Shown: positions 50,735 to 60,122, numbered from the stretch's first letter. The stretch is 64,000 nt of DNA from Candidatus Latescibacterota bacterium (GCA_965208105.1 OZ242318.1:1792001-1856000), one strand, 5' to 3'. A program made the numbers and translations. The notes: generated by a model from the letters alone, not told the origin.

Positions 50735-51823
50735 CTAATATACCCCCACCACCACCGACTCCTGCAGCTCCGACAGCAGGCGCAGATTCCTCACCCCGTC
50801 CCAGGGATAGGGAGCGATGGGCGCCACCCGCTCCGCCTCGTCGCGCTCGAGAAAGCGGGGCATGAAGAATTCCTTCGTCAGGGTGGTCAGCATGACCCGG
50901 CCCCTCTCGCCGTAGCCCACCGCATGGTGCGGAGGAGCGGTGGAGACCAGCTCGATGACCGCCCGCGGCTGGGGGGGATAGTAGGTGATGGCGTATCCGT
51001 CAGCCGGGTCGAAGGGCCTGGAGCAGGCCAGCCCCATCAGGGTGTTGCCATACGCGGGCACGAAGTCCACACCCGGGGCGAGCTCCTCGCGGGCGAAGCG
51101 ATGGAACTGGGCGTCCATCTCGGTGCCGCCGCAGAAAATCCCGGTGATCCCTGCCCTGGACAAGGAAATCTTCCCGCCCAGGGACTCCAGAAGCCTCGGT
51201 GTGGTGAACAGGCAGCGCACATTCTCGTGGGAGCGGAGGACCTGCAGGGCCTGGTCGACGACGTGGGTTTTGTACTCCTCCAGCTCGCGGTGCTTGCCGT
51301 GCTTTATCAGCTTGTTCACCCAGCGCGGGTCCAGGTCCACCATGAAGCAGATCCCTCCCCTGAGCTGGGCGAGATACTCGACGGCCAGGCGCAGGCGCCG
51401 CGGCCCGCTCGGTCCCAGCATCAGCCAGTCTGCCCCGCGCGGAAAGGCCTCCTCGGAGAGAGTCGCGCTGAACAACTCGTAATCGATGCGGAAATCGCGG
51501 ACGTTGAGGCGGTACTTGGGTACGCCGGTGGACCCCCCGGTTTCGAAAACGGAGACAGGCTCGCCGGCCAACCCCCGGGGCAGCCAGCGCCGCACCGGCC
51601 CCCCGCGCAGCCACTCGTCCTGGAAATGGCCCAGGAGCTTCAGGTCGCGGTAGCCGCCGATCTCGCGGACAGGGTCGAAGTCCAGTCCCGCGGCGAACTC
51701 TAGCCAGAAGGGACAGCCGGTCCGCTCTCCGAAGTGCCAGCCGACCATCTCGCGAACGTGGGCGTCCAGGCTTCGCCTCGCCGCCTCGATCTCCTCCGCC
51801 GAAGGGCCCTTCGCCCCGTTCAT
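50735..51823 (-). CDS. GriC/EhpF-like atypical adenylate-forming enzyme
   Basis: 'WHF..TG.PFWL', 'FDP', 'ETGGSTGVPK', 'D.DPRWV', 'TTP', 'GGTE', 'YG.T', 'V.YGERG.V', 'ERD.A.R', C-terminal 'GVY'. This motif series matches, from recall, EhpF (Pantoea phenazine cluster) and GriC (grixazone cluster). Confidence 0.82.
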   Translation of the reverse strand: MNGAKGPSAEEIEAARRSLDAHVREMVGWHFGERTGCPFWLEFAAGLDFDPVREIGGYRDLKLLGHFQDEWLRGGPVRRWLPRGLAGEPVSVFETGGSTGVPKYRLNVRDFRIDYELFSATLSEEAFPRGADWLMLGPSGPRRLRLAVEYLAQLRGGICFMVDLDPRWVNKLIKHGKHRELEEYKTHVVDQALQVLRSHENVRCLFTTPRLLESLGGKISLSRAGITGIFCGGTEMDAQFHRFAREELAPGVDFVPAYGNTLMGLACSRPFDPADGYAITYYPPQPRAVIELVSTAPPHHAVGYGERGRVMLTTLTKEFFMPRFLERDEAERVAPIAPYPWDGVRNLRLLSELQESVVVGVY

Positions 51824-51835
51824 GGCCCGATCCCC

Positions 51836-53263
51836 CTATTCCCCCTCGATAGCAAATAGCATGTTGCGGCTGGCGATGTAGAGCACCCCGTCGCGGGCCG
51901 TCGGCGTGGTGTATACCGCACTGCCCATATTGACCTCGTAGAGCAGCTCCAGCTTCCTGCCCGCCCTCAGCACGGCCACGTCGCCGTCCTCGTCGCCGAT
52001 GTAGACCTTGCCGTCGGCCACGAGGGTCGATCCCCAGACCGCCGCGAAGGTATCGTAGGTCCAGTATTTCTCCCCGCTGCGGGCGTCGAGGCAATAGACG
52101 AATCCGCTGAGGTCCGCGGTGTAGAGCAGCCCGTCGCTGATGGCCGCGGTGGACAGGGTGCGGTTGTAGTCCCGGTCCCCCAGATGCCAGACCACCCCGC
52201 TGGCACTGACGTCCCCTCTCCCCTTCGCGTCGATGGCCCACAGGTGGCCTACCCCTTCCCCGTGCTCCGGATCCTGCCCCACCCCGACGTAGACCTTGTC
52301 ATCATAGAACACGGGGGTCGAGATAATGGCGTTCCGCGTTCCCCTTCCCCCCAGTTCCCACACGGAATCCTTGGGATTGCAATCGAACTTCCAGATGAGC
52401 TCCCCGGTTTCCGGCTCCATGGCGTAGATCCAGCCGTCGCCTCCCGGAAAGATCACCTGGCCCTTGCCCTCGACCACACCGTAGGCAGGATTGGACCACT
52501 GCCCGTGAAGGATGCGGTCCGCCGGGGAGTTGTCTTCCCACACCACCCTGCCGCTCTCCTTGTCCACCGCGACAAAGCTGGGGGCAAACGGAGTGGGAAT
52601 GTGGACATGCCCCTCGTCCACCCCGTTTCCGGTGACGACGAAGATCAGATTGCCGACGCCCAGAGGCGAACAGGTGGCCAGGTTGTGGGGAAAGACATCC
52701 AGCTCCGCGATCATGTCCAGCTTCCATATCACGTCGCCGTCGATGGCGCTTGTGTCCTTTTCCGAGACGAAGGGACCATCGTTTTCGCCGTCCAGGAAGC
52801 CTTCCGTATCGACGCACACCAGCTCGCAGCGGTTGGAGACATAGTAAAGGCGGTCGCCTTCGATGAAGGGGGTGGAGCAGACGCCCTGCCTGGGCCAGTC
52901 GTTGACTCTCCCCGCGGGGAGCTTGGTGTGGGTGGACTGCCACAGAAAGCGGCCGTCCGCCGCCCCGAAGGCCATGATCACTCCGCGGTCGCCCTTCAGC
53001 CCCGGGTTGCGCATACCCTGGTTGTTGGTGCCGACGAAGACCTTGTCCCCGATGATCACGGGACCGGCGTAGGTTTGCGACCCCAGGGGCGCCGTCCACT
53101 TGATATTCAACCCGGTGGCCGGGTCCCATCTCTCGGGCAAACCTCTCGCCTCCAGCGCCAGGTTGCGCGCCGGTGTGAACCCCCACATCGCGGTTTCCTC
53201 GGCGGCGGCGCCCATGGCCGCGGCGCAGACCGCGCCGATCGCCGCCCTCGCAAATCGTCCCAT
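51836..53263 (-). CDS. Secreted PQQ-binding-like beta-propeller protein (copy 2) with acidic insertions
   Basis: Signal peptide, 'NIKW.A.LGSQTY', 'G.CSTP', 'VTGNGVDE.H', 'HGQWS.P', 'GQDPEHGEG.G'. Confidence 0.82.
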   Translation of the reverse strand: MGRFARAAIGAVCAAAMGAAAEETAMWGFTPARNLALEARGLPERWDPATGLNIKWTAPLGSQTYAGPVIIGDKVFVGTNNQGMRNPGLKGDRGVIMAFGAADGRFLWQSTHTKLPAGRVNDWPRQGVCSTPFIEGDRLYYVSNRCELVCVDTEGFLDGENDGPFVSEKDTSAIDGDVIWKLDMIAELDVFPHNLATCSPLGVGNLIFVVTGNGVDEGHVHIPTPFAPSFVAVDKESGRVVWEDNSPADRILHGQWSNPAYGVVEGKGQVIFPGGDGWIYAMEPETGELIWKFDCNPKDSVWELGGRGTRNAIISTPVFYDDKVYVGVGQDPEHGEGVGHLWAIDAKGRGDVSASGVVWHLGDRDYNRTLSTAAISDGLLYTADLSGFVYCLDARSGEKYWTYDTFAAVWGSTLVADGKVYIGDEDGDVAVLRAGRKLELLYEVNMGSAVYTTPTARDGVLYIASRNMLFAIEGE

Positions 53264-53265
53264 GG

Positions 53266-55464
53266 TCAATCTCCCGCCCATACCTTGACGTTGTCGTAGT
53301 GGATTTCAGCGGGTGAGTATCCGTACAACCCCGGACTCCCCTCCCGGTTCGGCAGGGGGTCCCGGGCGGTGATCGTCCACTCCCCGGGCTCCTCTTCGTT
53401 CCGCCGCCAGACCTTGCCCCTGACGATGGCCACTTCATCCCCCACCTCCACCTCCATCTTCATGGTGTACCAGACGCCGGGCTCCCAGTCGAAGGGGGAG
53501 GTAACGGCCATCCTCAGGTCCGAAGCCCAGGACCGGATCTGCAACTGCTGGTGGTTCCCCATCATATCCAGGGTGTAGCGGTTGGCGATCAATCCCATGT
53601 CAGGGCGCCTGCGCTTGTCCCAGGTTCCCATCAAATCGGCCTGAACGGTATACCCTCTCATGCCGGGAGGACCGAGGTAGACATTTGAACGGTGCAGCCC
53701 CACCCTGGCCGGCGGCTTGACCAGCACCTTGTTGCCGTGCAGGTCGCGCACCTTGAACTTGGTTCCCGCGCCGACCCAATGCGCCGGATTCCCACCTTCC
53801 TCCACCTCCTCGAAATCCTCGCTCCAGGGCAGCCCGGGGACGACCCGCACCCGCGCCCTGCCGCCTGCTCCCTCGGCCGCGGCCCGGACTATCCCCGCCT
53901 GGGCGCCAGCGCTACCGTTCAGAATCAGCCTCCCACCCGCGCCCATACTTCCCTCCAGACCCTCGAGGGTCCACTCGACCGCCGGCGCCTCCACGGAACG
54001 CCCTTCGTGGTCGAAGGCGAGCACTTCGAAGCGGACCGTATCCCGAGGCTGCGCCACCACCTCCGCCGGAACCACGAGCAGGGAGGCGGCCGGCCTCTCT
54101 TCGCCTGCGGCCTCCACTGGGAATTCCGGCACCACGGCCGGCCCGGCCACCGGCCCGGCCTCCCTATCCCCCAGGCAGTACAGCCCCTCTTCGGTGGCAA
54201 AGTAGATGCGGCCATTGGCCAGAGCCGGAGAACCGAAGATTTCGGCGGGGCGTCCTTCCCTGGTCCTTATCTCATCCCTGTCCAGTTTCAGGGGATGGCC
54301 TCCCCGGACTTCGAGAATGTGGAAGGATCCGTTGACCTCGGTGGCGTACAGCTTGCCGTCGGCCCAGACGGGGGATCCCCTGCCTACGGTTCCCAGGCCA
54401 TACTGCCAGAGGTCCCTCCCCGTATCCGGGTCGAGGCAGTGCAGGTTGGCGCCGTTGTCCACCAGGTAGAGGCCGCCGCCGCCCATGGCCGGAGAGGAGT
54501 AGCCCACCGCGAACTCGTCATAGCGCCAGATTTCATGGGTGGCGGTGACGTCTCCCCTGCCGCCGCCGTCGATGCATACCACCCTGCCCATGGCGGTGTT
54601 GTCCACGTTTTCCTCGCTGTGGGCGGCATAGACGCGGCTGCCCTCCACCAGCACCGATGAATTGATGCCGCGCCTGCTCAGCCGGAAACCCCACACCTTC
54701 TCCCCCGTTCGCGCCGCCATGGCGTAGATGGCGCCGTCGGCGTTGCCGCCGATCAGCAGCCGCCGCCCCCCGATGGCGGCCGCCACCGGAGTGGAGTAGG
54801 TGGTGTCCAGCGGGCGTCCCCCCGGCGCCGCAACCCACACCACCGCGCCGCTGCGCTTGTCGAAGGCAAAGTACCGATGCCTGGGCACGGCCTGGTCTCC
54901 CCAGCCGAGATTGAGAAAACTGATTATTACCTGGTCTTCGTGTACCACGGGAGTATGGACCCGCCCGCCGTAGCCGGAGATGCGGCCGAACTCCTCGGTG
55001 AGGGAACGGGACCACAGGACCTCCCCCTCGGGGTCGAGGCACAAAAGGAGGCCGCCGACCCCGTGGACGTAGATGTTCCCGGTCTCCGGATCACCGGCGG
55101 GGCTGGCCCACCCCACCCTGTTGAACGGAATGGTCGTGTGAAAGACGTTGAAGCGGTGTTCCCAGAGCAGCTTCCCGCTCGCCGCGTCGAAACAGGCCAC
55201 CAGCTCCTGCTCGGTGATGCCCTCTCCCCCGCGGCCGGTGACGCATACCCTGCCGTCGAGGACGACCGGGGTTGAGCGGCCGCAGAAATCCGCCTTCCAT
55301 ATCAGGTTTTCACCCTCGGCAGACCAGCGCGAAATAAGGCCCGTTTCCATGGACGCGCCATTCTGCCAGGGACCCCTCCAGCCGGGCCAGTCGGCAGCGC
55401 CGGCGGCCGGGGGACTCGCCGCCGCGGAGAGGAAGAATACCAGAGAAACTGCCTTGATTCGCAT
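53266..55464 (-). CDS. Secreted PQQ-binding-like beta-propeller protein (copy 1) with C-terminal Ig-like and jelly-roll-like domains
   Basis: Signal peptide, 'DWPGWRGP', propeller blades, Ig-like 'LVVPAEV....G', C-terminal 'WYTMKM.V...RGKVW.R...EP..W...GSPGLYG...YDNVKV'. Confidence 0.8.
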   Translation of the reverse strand: MRIKAVSLVFFLSAAASPPAAGAADWPGWRGPWQNGASMETGLISRWSAEGENLIWKADFCGRSTPVVLDGRVCVTGRGGEGITEQELVACFDAASGKLLWEHRFNVFHTTIPFNRVGWASPAGDPETGNIYVHGVGGLLLCLDPEGEVLWSRSLTEEFGRISGYGGRVHTPVVHEDQVIISFLNLGWGDQAVPRHRYFAFDKRSGAVVWVAAPGGRPLDTTYSTPVAAAIGGRRLLIGGNADGAIYAMAARTGEKVWGFRLSRRGINSSVLVEGSRVYAAHSEENVDNTAMGRVVCIDGGGRGDVTATHEIWRYDEFAVGYSSPAMGGGGLYLVDNGANLHCLDPDTGRDLWQYGLGTVGRGSPVWADGKLYATEVNGSFHILEVRGGHPLKLDRDEIRTREGRPAEIFGSPALANGRIYFATEEGLYCLGDREAGPVAGPAVVPEFPVEAAGEERPAASLLVVPAEVVAQPRDTVRFEVLAFDHEGRSVEAPAVEWTLEGLEGSMGAGGRLILNGSAGAQAGIVRAAAEGAGGRARVRVVPGLPWSEDFEEVEEGGNPAHWVGAGTKFKVRDLHGNKVLVKPPARVGLHRSNVYLGPPGMRGYTVQADLMGTWDKRRRPDMGLIANRYTLDMMGNHQQLQIRSWASDLRMAVTSPFDWEPGVWYTMKMEVEVGDEVAIVRGKVWRRNEEEPGEWTITARDPLPNREGSPGLYGYSPAEIHYDNVKVWAGD

Positions 55465-55644
55465 GACCCGCTTCCCTACAGGCTCAGCCTGGTTTGACAT
55501 GGATTTGGGGACTGGATATACTCGGGGTCCCAGCCCCCCGGGTTGGGGCAGGCAGACGGAGGGCATGGTCCAGGCCTGCCCTCTGCCGCCATCTGGATTT
55601 GCCTCAGGTTCAAGTGCCTTACCTGGAAATCGGGGAGAGAAATC

Positions 55645-56064
55645 ATGTCGCCTTCATCCGCTCCAACCTGCAAGGTAGTTCGATCTCGGGAGCTATACAC
55701 CGGCAAGCAGGCCCTCACCTATCGCACCGGGGTCGCCGCGGAAAACACCGGATCCCGGGGAATCTGCATGCACCTCCTGGCCATGCCTCCGGGCCAGCGA
55801 GCCAGGGCTCACCTTCACGAAAATCACGAGACCGCCGTCTACGTAATCGACGGCAGGTCCGGGATGTGGTACGGCGACGAGCTGGAGGAGCACCTGTGCG
55901 TCGAAAGCGGCGACTTCGTCTACATCCCCGCGGGAGTGCCGCATCTTCCCTACAACCCCAGCGAGACCGAAACCTGCACCGTGGTCATCGCCCGCACCGA
56001 CCCCAACGAACAGGAGAGCGTCAGACTCCTGCCCGAGCTGGACGCCATCCGCACCACCACCTGA
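55645..56064 (+). CDS. Cupin domain protein (RmlC-like)
   Basis: 'AHLHENHETAVY..DG', 'GDFVYIPAGVPH.P.N'. Confidence 0.88.
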   Translation: MSPSSAPTCKVVRSRELYTGKQALTYRTGVAAENTGSRGICMHLLAMPPGQRARAHLHENHETAVYVIDGRSGMWYGDELEEHLCVESGDFVYIPAGVPHLPYNPSETETCTVVIARTDPNEQESVRLLPELDAIRTTT

Positions 56065-56098
56065 ATTGCAGCAGTTCGGCACGCCGCGCAACCTCCGC

Positions 56099-56977
56099 CT
56101 ACCCGCCGAACTGGAACTGCTCGACCCCGCGGCAACCTGGCCTGGCCGCGAACAACCCGCCGGCGTGAGGCTCCCTTGCCCTCTCCTCGTCCGTCAACCC
56201 CAGGGAACCACTGGTTACATAGAGGGTATCGAGGTCCCTGCCTCCGAAGGCGCAGGAGGTCACCTTGGAAACCGGCAGCTCGATGGCCTGCAGAATTTCT
56301 CCTCTGCCGGGATGCCAGCGGCACACCTTGCCCCCATCGTAGTGCGCTATCCACAGCATGCCTTCGGCATCTATGGCCATCCCATCGGGCAACCCGACTT
56401 CCCGGGGGACCCGGAAAGCAACCCGCTCGTTGGCGATGTCTCCCGTTTCCACATCGTAGTCGTAAGCCCTGACATCGTACCTGAGCGAGTCGATATAGTA
56501 CATTCTTGCACAGTCCAGGCTCCAGACGATGCCGTTGGAGATGCCCACATCTCCCAGCATCCTGCGCACCGCGAAATCGGTGTCCATGCAATACAGGGAG
56601 CCTGCTCCCGCCACCGGATCCATGGCCATGGTGCCGGCCCAGAAGCGGCCGGCCGGATCGCACTTGCCGTCGTTGAAGCGGTTTTCCGGCAGGTCGGCCT
56701 CCGGATCGTGAATCAGGGTAAGCTCTTCCCTGTCCAGGTCGAAGGCCCCGAATCCCCGGTCCACGGCGACCATGAGGCCTCCGGCGGCCCGCACCACAAC
56801 CGTTCCCACCTGCAGTCCTACGTCCATTGCCCGGTCAGGGGCCCCGGCGGGATCGTGGACGTGCACCTTGCACCCCATGATATCGACCCAGTAGAGCAAC
56901 TGTTCGGCGCCGTTCCAGAAGGCGCCTTCCCCTAGCGCGGCGCGGGCGTCCACCATCAGTTCGACTTTCGCACTCAT
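56099..56977 (-). CDS. SMP-30/gluconolactonase/LRE family protein
   Basis: 'LGEG.FW', 'LYWVDI', 'RFNDG.CD..GRFWAGTM', 'SNG..WS', 'PDG..ID.EG.LW', 'TSCAFGG'. Confidence 0.95.
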   Translation of the reverse strand: MSAKVELMVDARAALGEGAFWNGAEQLLYWVDIMGCKVHVHDPAGAPDRAMDVGLQVGTVVVRAAGGLMVAVDRGFGAFDLDREELTLIHDPEADLPENRFNDGKCDPAGRFWAGTMAMDPVAGAGSLYCMDTDFAVRRMLGDVGISNGIVWSLDCARMYYIDSLRYDVRAYDYDVETGDIANERVAFRVPREVGLPDGMAIDAEGMLWIAHYDGGKVCRWHPGRGEILQAIELPVSKVTSCAFGGRDLDTLYVTSGSLGLTDEERAREPHAGGLFAARPGCRGVEQFQFGG

Positions 56978-57099
56978 TCCCTTCCTCCTGCGAACAAAGT
57001 GCCTGCCCCACCCCCGGGGGGACGGCCGTCGCAGCGGCGCTGTCCCGCGGCTCCCCACTCCCGCCGGTTCGCGTCCGGGAGGACCCCCGCCCGGCGGGT

Positions 57100-60015
57100 C
57101 TACAGCAGCCTGACCACCTTCAGTCCGCCTCCGATCTGCCCGGATGCGCTATCCAGGGTCTCCTGCGCTCCCATGGCCACAACCTCCCCCTTATTTTCCA
57201 CCCATCTCAGCACCTCGGCGAACTTTCTGAAATCTTCAGCGGTCGTGCCGAGGATCTCATCCCGCATCTGCTGGCGGAACTCGTCCCCGATGCCGGCGAG
57301 ATAGCGCAGCAGGGAAGTGTAACCCTTGGCATCGGGCAACTGGCAGAGGTCCAGGTCGCCGATGGCGCCGATGATGGCCTTGGTGAGCTCGTCCTCGCTC
57401 AGGTCGAGCTCGGCGAGGAACCTGCTGCTGCCGTCATAGACCTCGAGAGTGCCCAGAAGATCGGGATCGCGGTAGGACAGATAGGATAAAACGCCGGAAA
57501 AATGGTCGAAGGAGCAGAAAGCGCCGTAGGCGCCTCCCTGCACCCTCACCCGGTCCCACAGCCAGGTCGTGCCCAGGTAACGGGAGATGACCCCCACCGA
57601 ACCGTGGAGTTCGTAGCCCGCGTCGTAGAGGTTGGCGGCCTTTCCCACGTAGTTGACCTGGGCGGGAACGGCCAGCCCTTCACCGCCGCGGACATGGGCG
57701 GGCGGCTTCCAGACAGCGTGGCGCGCCGCCGCCGCGGGAATGGCCGTGAGGAAATCGGCGACAGGACGCTGGAAAGCTGCCCTGTCCGCCCCATCCAGGG
57801 TGATGTTCACCAGCATGGAGCTGCGATTCACCAGGAGACGCCTGATCTCCCCGAGCCTGGAAGCCACCGCGGGCCAGTCTTCCTCCACCTCCTGCACCAG
57901 CCGGCGCAGAAAAAACAGGTAGCTCACCCCCCTCAGCTGCTCCGCGACCCAGCCGGTCTCGTCAAAGCGGGAGCGCAGGCGCACGTTGACCAGGCGGTGT
58001 CCCCCGGGCACCAGACCGGCTTCCTTGGCGGCCTTCTCCTCGAGGGCCATCTGCTGAAAGCGTTCCTTGTTGTCGAGCTCGACGTCCAGCAGGACATCGC
58101 GCAGGATATCCAGCATATCGGCGGCCCGGGCCGACATGGCCTTTGCCCGCAGCAAAAGGCGGCCGACCGGTGTCGCCTTCCCATGCTGCGCACTGACCAG
58201 CACCTCGACTCCGATTCCCCCGGTGCGGGAGCCGATGCGCTGGGCCAATTTTACAAAGTCCTCCCTGCTTGTGCCCATCTCCAGCAGGGCGCGGCCGAAG
58301 AGGGGAAGGTATGGGAGATATTCCTGGGGAAGGACGCGCAGGTCGAAGCCCACGTCCAGGTAGACGATGCCGTTGGTGAAGATATCGTGGTAGAGTGTGC
58401 GGACACCCTGCTGCTCAACGACTTCCAGGGGCAGGGTGCTGATATTGCGCTCCAGGTCGCCGAGCTGAAGACGGGGCAGGGTGGCCAGAGCCTGGGGCGA
58501 ATCGGGGGTCTCCTGCAGCCGCCTCAGTTCGCGGCTGGCCGCTGCAACCGCCTCCAGGCCCTTTGGGTCCATGGCTGACCGGGCGCGTTCCAGCCGGGTG
58601 CGCTCGTCCGCCTCCTCGCGGCCCCCGAGGTGGGCATCGGGCTCCAGGACCAGGGCGGTGCGATGGGGGTTGTCCAGCAAGTACTCCCGGATCAGGTCGG
58701 GGAATCCCAACCCCCCGTCTCTCAGGCGGGAAGCGATGCTGTTGAGGGGGCGTTCGAACCCCAGGTGCGCGAAGGGATCGCGGTCATAGATCCAGGTGGA
58801 AAGGGAGCGCAGCATGAGCGCCAGCCCGCGGGGAAAGCTGCCGGTGTTGTTCTCGCGCAGGCGGAACTCCGCCGTGTTCATGGCCGCCGCGACCAGGTCG
58901 CCATCGATGCCTTCCCGGGCGAGTTTCCCCAGGGTATTCAGAATGAGCTCCTCCACCTCGTCGGCGCGCTGGCGCCGCACTCCCCTGAGGCCGACGGAGA
59001 AGTAGACCTGGCGCAGCTCGCTCTCCATGCCGGCGCCTACCACCTCCTCTCCGAGCCCCGAATCGATCAGGGCCTTGTGCAAGGGAGAGGCGGGGGTGCC
59101 GATGAGAATGTGATCCAGGATGTGGAGGGCCATGGTGGTCTCGGCGTCGAGGCCGTCCTCCAGCAGCCAGTTCACCGCCACCATGCTCTGGTTGTCGCTG
59201 TCGCCCTCCTGGCTGACCGCGTACGGATGCACCAGGCGCCGGGGCGCGGCGAATGGCCTCTGGGGGGCGATGGCGGAATCCACCAGGCGCGGCTCGAATT
59301 CCTTGAAATATTCCTCGAGGAGGAGGAGGCGGTGCTCGGGGTCGTCGTCGCCGTAAAAATAGACGCGGGCATTGGCCGGATGGTAGAATTTGCGGTGGAA
59401 CCCCTCGAACTGTTCGTAGGTCAGATCGGGGATGTGGCTCGGGTGCCCGCCCGACTCCACCCCGTAGGTATTGTCCGGAAAGATGGAATGCTGGGCGTAT
59501 TCCAGCAGGAGGTGCTCGGGATCGGAATAGGCCCCCTTCATCTCGTTGAAGACGACCCCTTTGTATGCGAGGGGATCTCCGGCGTCTTCGAGTTCGTAAT
59601 GCCAGCCCTCCTGCTGCAGGACCTGGGGGGTCAGGCGGGGATGGAAGACGGCGTCGAGGTAGACGTCGACCAGGTTGTAGAAATCTCTCAGGTTCTGGCT
59701 GGCCACCGGGTAGCAGGTCCTGTCGGGGTAGGTAAAGGCGTTGAGAAAGGTATTCAGCGATCCCTTGAGCAACTCGACGAAGGGCTCCTTCACCGGGTAC
59801 TTGCGCGAGCCGCACAAGACCGCGTGCTCGAGGATGTGGGCGACTCCGGTGGAGTCCGTCGGAGGGGTGCGGAGGTTGATGCCGAAAACCTTGTTCTCGT
59901 CCCCGTTGACCAGGGAAAGCAGCTCGGCCCCGGTCCGGTGTTTGTAGAGAATCCCCCGGGTATCGAGCTCGGGGATCGTCTCCTCCCGAACCAGTTCGAA
60001 GCCATGATCCTGCAT
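57100..60015 (-). CDS. M16C zinc metallopeptidase (presequence protease PreP/Cym1-like)
   Basis: Inverted zincin 'HILEH', 'SLNTFLNAFTYPD.T.YP', 'KGVVFNEMKG', 'RVQGGAYG', 'SYRDP'. Confidence 0.94.
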   Translation of the reverse strand: MQDHGFELVREETIPELDTRGILYKHRTGAELLSLVNGDENKVFGINLRTPPTDSTGVAHILEHAVLCGSRKYPVKEPFVELLKGSLNTFLNAFTYPDRTCYPVASQNLRDFYNLVDVYLDAVFHPRLTPQVLQQEGWHYELEDAGDPLAYKGVVFNEMKGAYSDPEHLLLEYAQHSIFPDNTYGVESGGHPSHIPDLTYEQFEGFHRKFYHPANARVYFYGDDDPEHRLLLLEEYFKEFEPRLVDSAIAPQRPFAAPRRLVHPYAVSQEGDSDNQSMVAVNWLLEDGLDAETTMALHILDHILIGTPASPLHKALIDSGLGEEVVGAGMESELRQVYFSVGLRGVRRQRADEVEELILNTLGKLAREGIDGDLVAAAMNTAEFRLRENNTGSFPRGLALMLRSLSTWIYDRDPFAHLGFERPLNSIASRLRDGGLGFPDLIREYLLDNPHRTALVLEPDAHLGGREEADERTRLERARSAMDPKGLEAVAAASRELRRLQETPDSPQALATLPRLQLGDLERNISTLPLEVVEQQGVRTLYHDIFTNGIVYLDVGFDLRVLPQEYLPYLPLFGRALLEMGTSREDFVKLAQRIGSRTGGIGVEVLVSAQHGKATPVGRLLLRAKAMSARAADMLDILRDVLLDVELDNKERFQQMALEEKAAKEAGLVPGGHRLVNVRLRSRFDETGWVAEQLRGVSYLFFLRRLVQEVEEDWPAVASRLGEIRRLLVNRSSMLVNITLDGADRAAFQRPVADFLTAIPAAAARHAVWKPPAHVRGGEGLAVPAQVNYVGKAANLYDAGYELHGSVGVISRYLGTTWLWDRVRVQGGAYGAFCSFDHFSGVLSYLSYRDPDLLGTLEVYDGSSRFLAELDLSEDELTKAIIGAIGDLDLCQLPDAKGYTSLLRYLAGIGDEFRQQMRDEILGTTAEDFRKFAEVLRWVENKGEVVAMGAQETLDSASGQIGGGLKVVRLL

Positions 60016-60122
60016 GGAGGTCCTCTTTCTGGGGATCTGCTGTCTGTTCTCCAGGCCGGGGCCCGGGCGGCCCCCGGCTCCGGCGTTTGGAGTATTGATC
60101 CTAACCAACTAGGATGCCCTGA

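Noticed and set aside
49309-51823. Interpretation as a phenazine cluster or a luxCDE bioluminescence system
   Set aside because: No phzA-G, luciferase or luxD genes are in the window. Only the reductase module is shared.
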